A stretch of 64,000 bases of DNA from Mobula hypostoma (taxonomy: Eukaryota), in the NCBI RefSeq assembly GCF_963921235.1, contig NC_086097.1:54438001-54502000 (forward strand), in the 5' to 3' direction. Within the stretch, counting starts at the first letter, position 1. Each line of letters opens with the position of its first letter. This document shows, in pieces, positions 35,300-48,659 of the stretch. The translations under genes were made by a program, and so were the position numbers. The notes beneath the pieces were generated by a model, which searched no databases, was not told the DNA's origin, and saw only the letters and a list, made by a program, of their open reading frames with translations.

Positions 35300-36570
35300 A
35301 GAGATAATGTAATAAATACAGACCCGCTTAATGTACCTGTGTAGAAAATGGAGACAGTAACTAAACAGGTAGCTGATGGAATGTATTATTGAAAAATGGG
35401 AGGTCATCTACCTGAGCAGAAAAGAATATTTTTCAATATATTTTTAGTGGGAAGTTAAGAAACGATGGTAGTCAGAAGCATGCTCGTCCTTACATATAAA
35501 ATGCTGAAAGTTGATGTGTAAGTATAATAAGCACAGAGGAAGAAAATTGATAAATAAGCCTTTATTTGAAGAGGGTTAGAGTGTGAGCACTTTGTAACTT
35601 CCTACTTGCTGTACTTGCATGTTAATTTGCAGCAAGAATAGGAATGTCTTTCTGAAAGCTCTTCTGAACTGCATATGAAATATTGTGGAGAGATCCATCT
35701 CCCTGTCTAATGTAAACAATGGATTGCAGACTTTTTATATCAGGGAAATTTAAGCACATTGGTCTTATAGCCGTTTTGAGTTTTGAAGATTAAGAAATAT
35801 CTCATTGAAATGTGGAAAATACTCATTGAGCTTTATCGAATAGGTGAGATTATTTCTCCTGGCTGAGGTCTCTGAAATCGAAGTTCACAATATAAGGAAA
35901 AAGAGAAAAGTTACTTCACTCAGTAGGTAGCAAATATTTGAAATACTCAACCTAAGGAGCTATTTATGAGGTGTACAGTTAAGAACATTCTGACTGGTTG
36001 CATCACAGCCTGGTATGGAGCCATTAGTGCACAGGGTCGATGGTAAGAGACTGCAGAGTGTTTAGATTCGGCCAGCTTTATCACAGGCACAACCATCCTC
36101 TCTATTGAGTACATCTTCAAAAGGCAATGCCTCAAGAAGATGGCATCCATCATTATAATCCTAGCCACTTGTACATGCTCTTTTCATATTACCGCCATCA
36201 GGGCTGAGCAGAGGTACAAGAGCCTGAAGACCCACATTTCTTTTTATTTTGAGAACAGCTTCCCCTCCGCCATCAGATTTCTGAATGGCCCATGAACCTC
36301 ATTATTCATCTTTTGCACTTTTCATTTATTTTGTTACTTACAGTAGTTATTACGTTTAGCATTAGGCTGCTGCTGCGAAGCAAGACACTTCATAAAATAT
36401 CTCAATGCTGATAAACCTGATTCTGTTTCTGAAATCAATGTAAGTTAGATATTAAAGGAATCAGGGTTGGTACAAAAAATTGACAATAAGGTAAGCCATG
36501 ATCTTGCTGACTCAGAAAGTAGGCGCAAGGTGCCAGATAGCCAGCTCCTACTTTAATTTCTTGGGTTAGT
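35300..36570 (+). mobile_element. Old CR1 3' relic interrupted by a Rex 3' fragment (~35950-36430)
   Basis: Remnants of WQMEYNxxKCEVIH and MLAFIxRGLE; the Rex part shows NILTGCITAWYG and an ataaacctgattctg tail. Confidence 0.6.
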
Positions 36571-37189
36571 ATTCCTCTTTGCAGAACAAACCATTCAGAT
36601 TAAGAATCTATGATCCACTGAGTCCAGTCCCAGCATACTCTCTTCAAGATAGAGGTCAAAATTGAATAGAATACTTCAACTGAGGTCTCATCAATGTGTC
36701 ATACCCATTATCCATATTTTTGCACTACAACTCTCTTGAATTAGGCCAATCAAACAGCTTTCTGAGTCTTATGAACAGCACACTAAAATTAATTTGTACA
36801 TCATTTGATAGTTTCTTTGTATTTGGAAAGTACAATTTTTTACCAATCTTTCCACTATTTTGCATAACTTCGTATTTTCCCACATTTTATACTTGGTATA
36901 CAGATCAGTGGCTACCAGCCTACAACAGAATCTGCACCAATAGATATAATTTGTAAATTGACGTGACCATAAGATATTCTCGTGTGTCAACCAAATGCAA
37001 GCTAATGGAACTGTATTAACTACCCTGCATCAAAACAGGCATCAGACATCTTCAGCTGTTAATTGGCATGATTCTGACAGCAGTCAAGGGAAGTTACAGA
37101 GTAGACATTTTAGCAGATTAAGCATGGTCATTGACATATTAACTCTGTCTGTCAATAATAGGGATATTTGTGTACTTAAATCATCAGTC

Positions 37190-40100
37190 CTCACAACAGG
37201 GGATTTATTAGTTAGGGGAACAGAAAGGAGGTTCTGTGGATAAGAACGAGATTCCTGGCTGGTATGTTGCCTCCTGGACGCCAGGTTCCACCACATCTTG
37301 GATTGAGTCCTCAGCATTTTTAAGTGGGAGGGTGAACAACCAGAGGTTGTGGTCTATGTAGGTGCCAATTACATAGGTAGGAAGAGTGTCAAGGTTCTGT
37401 ACAGTGAGTTCAGGGTGGTAGGTGCTAAATTAAAGGGCAGGACCTCCATGATTGTTACCCATGTCAAGTGCTAGTGAGGCCAGAAATAGGAAGATTATAC
37501 AGTCTAACATGTGGCTAAGGAATTAGTGTAGGAGAGAGGGCATCAGATCATTTGGCTCCCTTCCAGGGAAGGTGGGACCTATACGGAAGGGAAGGTTTGC
37601 ACTGGAAGGGGATGAATATCCTTTCGGGAAGGTTTGTTAGTGATGCACAGTGGGTGGGGGGATTAAATTAGAGCTACGGGGGGGGGGGGCGGGGTTGGGT
37701 TGGTGAGAACCGGAGTGCCAGAACAGTTAGTGGAGAAGTTGTGGAGACAGATACTGTTAAGACATCAAAGTCAGGAATGAAATGGTTGAGCACGGTGTGA
37801 CTAATGTCCTGATATGTTCATATTTCAATGCAAGAAGTATCGTAGAAAAGGCAGATGAGCTCAGGGCATGGATCGACACCTGGAGTTATGATATTGTACC
37901 TATTAGTGAGACTTGGTTGCAGGAGGGGTAGGACTGGCAGCTCAATATTTTGGGGTTTCGTTGTTTTAGACATAAGAAAGTGGGAGAGATTGAAGGATGA
38001 GGGGTGGCATTACTAGTCAGGGAAGATGTTCTGGCAGTGCTCAGTCAGGACAGACTGGAGAACTAATCTTGTGAGATGTTATGGATGGAACTGAGTAATA
38101 AGAAAGGTATCACCACATCAGTGAGGCTATATTACAGACCACCCAACAGTCTGAGGAATTTAGAGGAGCAAATTTGTAGAGAGATCAGACTGTTGCAAGA
38201 AACATAAGGTTGTTATAATTGGTGATTTTAACTTTATATTGACCAGGACTCCTTTACTGTAAAAAGACTAGATAGGATAGAGTCCATCAAATGTGTTCAG
38301 GAAAATTTCCTTAATCAATACATAGAAGTCCCAGTGAGAGAGTGTTCGATATTGGATCTGCTGTTAGGGAATCAGACAGCAGGTGACAGAAATTTATGGT
38401 GGGGGGAACACTGCATCTAGTGATTACAATGCCATTAGTTTCAAAGTATGTATGCCAAAAGATAGGTCTGGTTCACAGGTTGAAATTCTAAGTTGAAGAA
38501 AGGCCAATTTTGATGGTATCAGAAATGATCTGGCAAGTGTGGATTGGGACAGGCTTTTTTTCTGGCAAAGGTGTACTTGGTAAGTAGGAGGCCTTCAAAA
38601 GTGAAATTTTGAGAGTACAACGTTTGTATGTGCCTGTCAGAATCAAAGGTAAAGATACCAGATGTAGGGAACCTCGGTTTTCAAGAGATGTTGAGATTCT
38701 GGTTAAGAGGGGAAAAGAAGGAGATACATTGAAGATATAGGCAGGTTGGGAACAAGTGAGGTGCTAGTGGAGTGTAAGAAATGCAAGAGAACACTTACAA
38801 AAGAGATCGGGGGGCTAAAAGAAGGCATGAGGTTGCCTTAGCAGACAAGGTGAAGGAGAATCCCAAGGCATTCTACCGATATGTTAAGAGCAAAAGGATT
38901 GCAAGAGAGAAAACTAGTTTTCTGGAAGATCAAAATGATAATCCATGTGTGGAACTAAAAGAGATGGAGAGATCTTTAATGAATTTTTTGCATCTCTGTT
39001 TACTGAGGAGAAGGATACAGAATCTATTGAAGTGAGGCAAAACAGCATCAACTTCATAGACCCTGTATGGATTACAGAGGAGGTGGTGTTTGTTGTCTTG
39101 AGGTAAATTAGGGTGGATAAATGCCCAGCACTTGACAAGATGTTCCCTCAGACCCTGCGGGAGGCAAGTACAAAAATTGCTGGGGCTGTAGCAGAGATAA
39201 TTAAATCATCCTTGGAGACCGATGAGCTATCAAGAGGATAGGAGGATGTTGTTTCACTGTTTAAGAAAGGCTCTAAAAATAAACTGGGAAATTATAGGCC
39301 AGTGAGCCTGACATCAGTTGTGGGAAAGTTATTGGAAGGTATTCTAAGGGACATGATATGAGTACTTGGATGGTCACGGATTGATTATGGATAGTCAGCA
39401 TGGCTTCATGCATCATAGATTGTGTCTAACCAATATTATAGTGTTTTTTAGGAGTTTACTATGAAAGTTTATGAAGACAAGGCAGTGGGTGTTATCTACA
39501 TGGACTTCAGCAAGGCGATTGACAAGGTCCCTCATGGGAGGTTGGTCAAGAAGGTTCAGTCACTCGGCATTCAAAATAAGGTAGTAAATTGGATTAGACA
39601 TTGGTTTTGTGGGAGAAACTAGAGAGTAGTAGTAGATGGTTGACTCTCTGACTGGAGAGTTGTGAGTAGTGGAGTGCTGCTGGATATGTTGTTATTTGTA
39701 ATTTATATCAATGATCTGGATAATAATACAGATAACTGGATCAGCAAATTTGCAGATAACCCCAAGTTTGGGGGTGTAGTGGACAGCGAGGAAGGCTGAC
39801 TTGGCTTGCAGCTGGATCTGGACCAGCTGGAAAAGTGGGCTGAAAAATGGCAGGTGGAATTTTATGCGGACAAGTGTTAGCTCTTCAGTAGAACCGACCG
39901 GGGTAGGTCTTACACAGTGAACGGTAGGGCTGTGAGGCATGTGGTATAACAAAAGGATCTGGGAATGCAGCTCCATAATTCATTGAGAGTGGCATCACAG
40001 GTAGATAGGGTTGTAAAGAAATCTTTTGGCACATTGGCCTTCATAGATCAAAGAGATGGGATTTTATGTTGAAGTTGTATAAGATATTGGTGAGGCCTAA

Positions 40101-43100
40101 TTTGGAATATTGTATACAGTTTTGGTCACCTACCTACAGGAAAGATGCAAATAAGATTCAAAGGGTACAAAGAAAATTTAAAGTATGTTGCAGGGTCTCG
40201 TGTACCTGAGTTATATGGAAGAATTGAATAGGTTAGGTCTTTGTTTCTTGGAATGTAGAAGGTTGAGGGGAGATTTGATAGAGATATCGTGTCAAGTCAA
40301 GTGAAATTTATTGTCATTTAACTACATACATGTACGTAATAGACCATAAGACTATAAGACAAAGGAGCAGAAGCAGGCCATTCGGCCCATCGAGTTTGCT
40401 CCGCCACCTTATAATGAGCTGATCCATTTTCTCCTATTTTGTCCCACTCCCCTGCTTTCTCACCATAACCTTTGATGCCCTGGCTACTCAGATACCTATC
40501 AGTCTCTGCCTTAAATACACCCAATGACTTGGCCTCCACTGCTGCCCGTGGCAACAAATTCCATAGATTCACCACCCTCTGACTAAAAAAATTTCTTCGC
40601 ATTTCTGTTCTGAAAGGGCACCCTTCAATCCTTAAGTCATGCCCTCTCGTACTAGACTCCCCCATCATGGGAAACAACTTTGCCACATCCACGCTGTCCA
40701 TGCCTTTTAACATTCGAAATGTTTCTATGAGGTCTCCCCTCATTCTTCTAAACTCCAAGGAATACAGTCCAAGAGCAGACAAACGTTTCTCATATGTCAA
40801 CCCTCTCATTCCCTGAATCATTCTAGTGAATCTTCTCTGTACCCTCTCTAACGTCAGCACATCCTTTCTTAAATAAGGAGACCAAAACTGCCCACAGTAC
40901 TCCAAGTGAGGTCTCACCAGCGCCTTATAGAGCCTCAACATCACATCCCTGCTGCTATACTCTATTCCTCTAGAAATGAATGCCAACATTGCATTCACCT
41001 TCTTCACTACTGACTCAACCTGGAGGTTAACTTTAAGGGTATCCTGTACGAGGACTCCCAAGTCCCGTTGCATCTCAGAACTTTGAATTCTTTCTCCATT
41101 TAAATAATAGTCTGCCTGTTTATTTTTTCTGCCAAAGTGCATAACCATACACTTTCCAACATTGTACTTCATTTGCCACTTCTCTACCCATTCTTCCAAT
41201 CTATCCAAGTTTCTCTGCAGACTCTCTGTTTCCTCAGCACTACCGGCCCCTCCACCCATCTTCGTATCGTCGGCAAACTTAACCACAAAGCCATCTATTC
41301 CATAATCTAAATTGTTGATGTACAATGTAAAAAGAAGCAGCCCCAACACTGATCCCTGCGGAACACCACTGGTAACCGGCAGCCAACCAGAATAGGATCC
41401 CTTTATTCCCACTCTCTGTTTCCTGCCAATCAGCCAACGCTCTATCCACGTATGTAACTTTTCCGTAATTCCATGGGCTCTTATCTTGTTAAGTAGCCTC
41501 ATGTGTGGCACCTTGTCAAAGGCCTTCTGAAAATCCAAATATACAACATCCACTACATCTCCCTTGTCTAGCCTACTGGTAATTTCCTCAAAAAATTGTA
41601 ATAGGTTTGTCAGGCAGGATTTTCCTTTAAGGAATCCATTCTGAGTTCTGCCTATCTTGTCATATGCCTCCAGGTACTCTGTAACCTCATCCTTGACAAT
41701 CGACTCCAACAACTTCCCAACCACGGATGTCAAGCTAACAGGTCTATAATTTCCTTTTTGCTTCCTTGCCCCCTTCTTAAATAGCGGAGTGACATTTGCA
41801 ATCTTCCAGTCCTCCGGAACGATGCCAGAATCTATCGACTTTTGAAAGATCATCGCTAATGCCTCCCCAATCTCCACAGCTACTTCCTTCAGAACACGAG
41901 GGTGCATTCCATCTGGTCCAAGAGATTTATCTACCTTTAGCCTATTCAGCTTCCTGAGTACTTTCTCTGTCGTAATTGTGACTGTGCACACTTCTCTTCC
42001 CTGCCACCCTTTAGTGTCCGGTATACTGCTGTCTTCCTCAGTGAAGACTGATGCAAAGTACTTGTTCAGCTCCTCTGCCATCTCCTCATCTCCCATTACA
42101 ATTTCTCCAGTATCATTTTCTATCGGTCCTATATCTACTCTCATCTGTCTTTTACTCTTTATATACTTGAAAAAGCTTTTAGTACCTCTTCGATATTATT
42201 TGCTAGCTTCCTTTCATAGTTAATCTTTTCTCTCTTAATGACCTTCTTGGTTTCCTTTTGTAAGGTTTTAAAAACTTCCCAATCCTCTCTCTTCCTACTA
42301 ATTTTTGCTTCCTTTTATGCCCTCTCTTTTGCTTTAACTTTGGCTTTGACTTCTCTTGTCAACCACGGTTGCAGCCTTTTTCCACTCGAAAATTTCTTCT
42401 TTTTTGGAATATGCCTGTCTTGCACATTCCTCATTTCTCGCATAAACTCCAACCACTGCTGCTCTGCTGTCTTTCCTACCAGTGTCTCTTTCCAGTCAAC
42501 TTTAACCAGTTCCTCTCTCATGCCACTGTAATTTCCTTTACTCCACTGAAATACCGACACATCAGATTTCGGCTTCTCTTTTTCTAATTTCACAGTGAAC
42601 TCAATCATGTTATGATCACTGCCTCCTAAGGGTTCCTTCACCTCAATCTCTCCAATCACCTCCGGTTCATTACACAATACCCAATTCAGTTCAGCCGATC
42701 CCCTAGTGGGCTCAACAACAAGCTGTTCTAAAAAGCCATCTCGCAGACATTCTACAAATTCTCTCTCTTGAGATCCAGTGCTTTTCCCAATCTACCAATT
42801 TTCCCAATCAGTGATTTTCCCAATCTACTCGCATGGTAAAATCCCCCACAATTATCATAACACTGCCCTTCTGACAAGCCTTTTCTGTTTCCAGTTGTAA
42901 TTTGTAGTCCACATCCCTGCAGCTGTTTGGAGGCCTATAAATAACTGCCATCAGGGTCCTTTTACCCCTGCTATTTCTTAGCTCAACCCATAAAGATTCT
43001 GCACCTTCCGATCCTATATCACCTCTTTCTAATGATTTAATATCATTTCTTACCAATAAAGCCACGCCTCCCCCTCTGCCTACCTTCCTATCCTTCTGAT

Positions 43101-43630
43101 ACACTGTGTATGCTTCGATGTTCAGCTCCCAGAGACATGCATCCTTTAGCCAGGTCTCAGTGATGGCCACAATATCATACCTGCCAATCTGTAGCTGTAC
43201 AACAAGATCATCCACCTTATTCCATAATATATATAACCATATAATGTATATAGAAACAAAGCAATGTGGAGATAAAACATTGAGGGGTATAGATAGGGCA
43301 AATGCAAGCAGGCTTTTTCCACTGAGGTTGGGTAGGACTATAACTAGAGGTCATGGGCTAAGGATGAATGTTGAAAAGTTTTAACTGGAACACGTGGGGA
43401 GATTTCACTCAGAGGGTTGTGAGAGTGTGCAGCGAACTGCAAGCGTAAGTGGTGCGTGTGAGCTTGATTTTAATGTTTAAACAAAGTTGGGATAGGTACA
43501 TGGATGGTAGGGGTATCGAGGGCTATGGTCCCGGTGCAGGTCTATGGGAGTAGGCAATTTAAATTTGTATGGAAGGGTACTAAAGGGTCAAAGAGCTTGT
43601 TTCTGTGCTGTAGTTTTCTATGACTCAATA
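37190..43630 (+). mobile_element. CR1 LINE (SGNH ORF1 plus ORF2), split by nested insertions at ~40287-43268
   Basis: GDLLVRGTERRFCG...EGEQPEVVV (ORF1); FNARSIV, KENPKAFYRYVKSKR, NYRPVSLTSVVGK, SKFADNPK (ORF2); resumes at 43270 with LRGIDRANASRLFPLR and a CR1 tail. Confidence 0.88.
40340..43224 (-). mobile_element. Relatively young CR1 LINE ORF2 (APE-RT), 5'-truncated, with an uninterrupted RT frame (40318-42144)
   Basis: YDIVAITETWL and EPLGGSDHNMIEF (APE, frameshifted); 608-codon ORF with NYRPVSLTSVVGK, YLDFQKAFDKVPH, GVPQGSVLG, KFADDTK; octamer-repeat tail cttatagt/cttatggt. Confidence 0.95.
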
Positions 43631-44419
43631 ACTTGTGTATCTGAGTTCTCTGTCGTCAGAAGCTTTAAGATCATCCATGTGAATTACTTTGTCCCAGCAA
43701 AAGCATTTAAACATTCCAAGGTGTCCTATTGCAAGTATATAATTCAATGGAAATATTAGTCAGATTCAATATATCAAAGCAAATGATGCCTTTTGTAGCT
43801 AGCAAAAATTGTTTTGAATCATCTGCTCTTTTTGTTCTTTTGAGTTCAGGGCGATTCTACTTAGTTTCTCACCGGAGACAGTCTTCTACCAGGTGGTCTC
43901 CAGAGTGTTTGATGTTGTGTTGAATAAAGATATTTTATACCTAGCAGCTTTATTCTGTGTGTGACTCATTCACTGTCACAGCAGCATTAACTTTAATAAA
44001 AAAGCAATTTGTTGTCATTTCCCTAATTGCATAATAATTTTCCAAATGTTGTCTTGCCAATTCCCCAATGATTGATTTCTGTTGGTTTATCCATAGGTAA
44101 GCCCAAATGGTCCAGTTCCTTTTATTTCATTCTTTTTCTTTCTTTTTAGTTGATGTGAAATATTTACTCTTTTAAGCTACTGGTGTGTTGCAGAATTTCA
44201 AGCATTTTGGAAAATCACTAATGCATCAAATACCTTTACAGCCACCTCTTTTACAACACTTGGATTCAGGCTGCAATATTTAGGAAATTTGTTTGATTTT
44301 TAGTTTCCTTTAATTTTGTCAGAATTTTGTCATTTGTGATGCATTTAACTTTGTGTTTTACCAACATTAGACTCTTCAGCTTAGAAATTCGATTGGAAGA
44401 AAAACCTTTGCACTTGTTT

Positions 44420-45152
44420 TTGATGCACGTTGCAGATGGCGGCATACAGGAGTGAGATAGATCAGCAGGTTGAATGGTGTTGCAATAACTGTCTTGCACG
44501 CAGTATCATTAAGACCAAGGAATTGATTGTGCATTTTAGGAAGGGGAAGTTGGTTAAACACATCCCAGTCTTCATTGAAGGGTTAGCAGTGGAAATGATG
44601 AGCAACTTCAAGTTACAAACTTCAATGATTGTCTTAGGAGATCTATTCTGGACCCAACACATTGATTCAATCATGAAGAAGGCACGCTAGAAACGATTTG
44701 GTATGTCACTAAAGATTCTTGAAAATTGCTGTAAATATGCAATGGAGAGCATTTTGACTGGTTTCATTACAGCCTGAAATGGAGTCTTCAATGTCCAGAA
44801 TCACAAGAGACTACAGAGCATTGCAGACTTAGCTAGCTCCATCATGGGCACAATATTCTCCACTATTGAGGTCATCTGCAAGAGAGAAGATGGCATCCAT
44901 CTGTAAGAAGCATCACTCTCTTGGATGTGCTCTATTGGTTACCATCATTAGTGAGGAAGTACAGTAGCTTGGAGACCCACTTGACAATTCAGAAATAACT
45001 TCTTCCCTTCTACCATCAGATTTCTGAATGGTCAATGAATGCTCTCTCATAATTCCTTTTTTTTTGCACATTTTGTTTTGTCATTCATTTGTCTTGCACT
45101 GTCCCAGTGCCATAGAACAATACATTTTCATATCATGTCAGTGATATTCTGA
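44420..45152 (+). mobile_element. Rex1/Babar-type LINE 3' fragment
   Basis: AYRSEIDQQVEWCCNNCL...KTKELIVHFRK, DLFWTQHIDSIMKKA. Confidence 0.8.
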
Positions 45153-45557
45153 TAGGAGTTCAGCATGTTGGAAAATATTTAAGGCTATTTAAACAAAAGA
45201 ATTCCCACCTGTTGGGAAACTGGACCACATTGCTGATTGCATTACTTCTTAATATTTGCATGTGTAAAGTTACTAGCTACAGAAATTGGATCATTGGATT
45301 GTCATGTAGATCTTGTTTTTTTTGAATCACAGTAGAACAAAGTGTTAGGAATTGTATGTATCTGCACTTGTTCCTTTGTGACATTTTATTTTGATTGACT
45401 TCTCAATATTTCAGTGCTCCCCTTGAGAGACAGCACTGATACAGATGACAATATCTCTGCGCCAGTCATACACAGCTGCAAAAAAGCTATTTGCAGTAAA
45501 TGATGGCTCTGCCTATAGTCCCCAAGTTAATCTACCATCTGATGACTTCTGTGAATG

Positions 45558-45965
45558 TGTCCAGATGTAGGGTCTTGGCCCAAAACATGGACTGTTTATT
45601 TGCATCTGTAGTTGCTGCCTGAGTAGCTAAGTTCCTCCTGCATTTTGGGTGTTGCTCAAGATATCCAACGTCTGCAGAATGACTTGTGTTTTTACTGTCT
45701 ACTATCTTTGGGACCCCATATTGAGAAAAGAATTTTCTGGCATTGAAGAGGGTCCAGAGAAAAGGGGGACCCCACCTCCTTGCTCTGATTTCTCATCCTT
45801 TTTTTCCAGTCCTTATGAAGGGTCCCAGCCTGAAACAACGAATGTTTGCTGTTTTCCATGGACGCTGCCCGGCCCTTCGCCATTCCTCTCCATAGATGCT
45901 GCCTGACTGCAGCATTTTGTGTGTGTTCCTTTGGATCTCCAGCATCTGCATCATCTCTTGTGTTT
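45558..45965 (+). mobile_element. Tandem Penelope pLTR relics with two decayed hammerhead motifs
   Basis: gtccagatgtagggtcttggcccaaaacatggactg and ccagtccttatgaagggtcccagcctgaaac, each followed by (ga/gt)tgctgcctga...cattttg. Confidence 0.6.
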
Positions 45966-46429
45966 GATTTCTCTGAAGTTGGGCAATTCCTGTGCTGGCA
46001 GCATTGTTGATTAAAAAGAATTTATAGTGAAAGTTACTATGTGAATATCAGAGCTTTGAATAATCTTAAATATATGGAGATAGGGCAAGAATGATGATCA
46101 AAAGTGTGTCAAATTTGGAGGGGACTAAGGTATGGATGACATTCTCAACAGCAGAAGAGCAAAGGCAAGGTCAGCTATTGGTCACATTAAGAGAATTTAA
46201 CATTCGCTATTCGCATAGTTCAATAGCAAGTTGCGAGTTGTATAACCCACATTCTTGAAAACGTTACAGCTGAAATGGTCTTTGTGCACTCTAGGACCAA
46301 TTGATCTACTTCAACACTGCGGAGTTAATCATTATACAATTGTCTGAGCTCATATTTGTGTGTATAATATTGGGACTAACTCACACCTTTGTGTTTGTTT
46401 CTTGATATTAGATTATTTTATAGTTTATA

Positions 46430-47190
46430 CTCAGGATGTTGCCAGGACTTGAGGACCTGAGTTACAAGGAAAGACTGAATAAGTTAGAAATTTATTCCTT
46501 GAACCATAAGGGAATGAGGGGAGTTTTGATAGAAGTGTACAGAATTATGAAGGTGTTAGATAGGATAAATGCATTCAAGTTTGGTGAGACTAAAATAATT
46601 TCAGGGTGAAAGGTGAAATATTTAAAGGAGACGTGAGTGGAACTTCACTTAGGGTGGTGAATGTGCAGAAGCAGTGGATGCAAGTTAGATTTCAACATTT
46701 AAGAGAAATTTCAGGTTCAAAGTAATTTTATTATCAAGTTTGTATCTGTCACTGTAGACTACCCTGAGTTTAATATCTTGCAGACATTCACAGTAGAACA
46801 AAGAAATAAATAGAATCAGTATACAAAAGCTACATACAAAGACCAGTGTACTAAACAAGACAAACTGTGCAAATACAAAAAAATATTAGAATAATAAATA
46901 ATACTGAGAACTTGAGTTGTAGAGTCTTTGGAAGTGAGTCTATTTGCAGTAAATGATGGTTCTGCCTATAGTCCCCAAGTTAATCTACCATCTGATGACT
47001 TCTGTGAATGTGTCCAGATTAGGTCTTGGCTATAACTATGGTTTGTGTTCATTGTTGAGGTGAAGTTTGGATAAGTACATGGAGAGGAGAGGAATGGAGG
47101 ACTGTGGTTCAGGTGTGGGTTGATGAGTCCAGGCAGAATAACAAGCACAGTTTAGACAAGCCAATAAGCCTGCTTCTGTGCTGTGGTGCC
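46430..47190 (+). mobile_element. CR1 3' fragment with a nested minus-strand Rex tail (~46712-47065)
   Basis: RMLPGLEDLSYKERLNKL; Rex tail aggttcaaagtaattttattatc. Confidence 0.7.
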
Positions 47191-47901
47191 TTAAAACCCT
47201 GCTTGGTACAGGGTGACATGTTGTTCAGTTTGATTTCTCTGATCTGTCTATATTGTATTTGCACTGGTAAATCATTTTTTCTGTATTATTTAAATATCCT
47301 TATAACAATGGATTTAAAGGAAATTTACTGTTTGAATTACAAAATTCCCTATATATAGCAGATACATATTTAAATGTTTAGCTCTGCTTGACTTTGAGCA
47401 GCATTCACTCAGATTTTTAAATTGTGGAACCATTTTACATCAAGATTTAGTTATGCACTTATTACCTTTCCCCCTTTTGAATTATTTTTCTTAGCTATTG
47501 TGAAATGTCAAGTTCAAATTAAATGTATTAAAGTACGTACATGTCACCATATACTATCCTGAGGTTCATTTCTTGCAGACATTCACAGTGGAACAAAGAA
47601 ATATAATAGAAACAATTAAAATGCTCCACAATATCTGTTCGCTCTGTCTATCCTTCACTTACAAAGTTTGTTATCAAAGTGGAATAACTAATCTGGAGTG
47701 ATTAATAGGAATGGAACATTTAATCCTAATGTCTACCAAGTTTTAGTTATCCTCATGTTTGACTCATTATCAGATGTACTAATTAAATCTTGGCAGTTAA
47801 TGGTGGTCAATTTCAAGGTTTTAGCTTACTTAGAATGATTTTTTTAAAGCTCCAAATAAATTAAAATTGATGTTTTCATGCTTTTAACATTGTTTTTGCA
47901 G

Positions 47902-48417
47902 CATTCATTAATCAATGGCATCAAGAATCTAAGGACAAAGTAATGATGCTTTTGCTGACACATCTTCCATTACTGAAGCCAGGAAACATTGATGCAAAAA
48001 AAGAGTACATGAAGCTTTTGCCTAAAATTTTGGCTCATTCTATTGAGAACAATCAGCACATAGAAGAAAGTAGGCAGCTCTTATCTTATGCTTTGATCCA
48101 TCCTGCGACCTCATTGGAGGACCGAAATGCACTAGCAATGTGGCTCAACCATTTAGAGGATCGCACCTCTGGTTATGGAAGCCAGAGTAGGGGACGCCAT
48201 GATTCAGTGGATTTTGGGCAAACTCTTTATTATCACCAAAGACAGAACTCTGATGACAAGCTCAATGGTTGGCAGAGTTTACGTGATTCTGGAATTTGTG
48301 TGTCTACTTCTAACTGGCCAGACAAGAACCAGGCTTGTGAGAATGGGCATTTGCCTCTTTATTCTTCTACTTCTGTACCTGCAACTATCAACACTATTGG
48401 GACTAGCACAACCACAA
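47902..48417 (+). CDS. SAMD4A: SAMD4A (Smaug homolog 1) internal coding exon, N-terminal Smaug-similarity region (equivalent to human exon 3)
   Basis: Translates [87 protein letters not shown]...[11 protein letters not shown], near-identical to vertebrate SAMD4A as recalled. Acceptor tgtttttgcAG ends at 47901; donor GTaagt starts at 48418; 516 nt, phase 1-1. Confidence 0.96.
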
Positions 48418-48659
48418 GTAAGTACAATATACTTTGAAATGTAATGCTTTTTCACAGTTTAAAGAAACTGCAATACTGTCAGACAAGTCATAATTTTTGG
48501 GTTCATTTGTTTCTAACAGAAAAATGATACTAAGATCTGCAGAGTGATTATATCAAATGCTGACTTTCCTTTGTGACGAGAAAAGGGAATCACATTTTTG
48601 CAAGTGACAGGATGGGAAGAGGTATAGTCAAGATAGCTGTGAGAGTCAGATTTATAAAC

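Noticed and set aside
40318..42144. 608-aa ORF as a host gene or active LINE
   Set aside because: It is CR1 reverse transcriptase; the upstream endonuclease part is frameshifted, the element is 5'-truncated, and the ORF end reads through into the 3' UTR.
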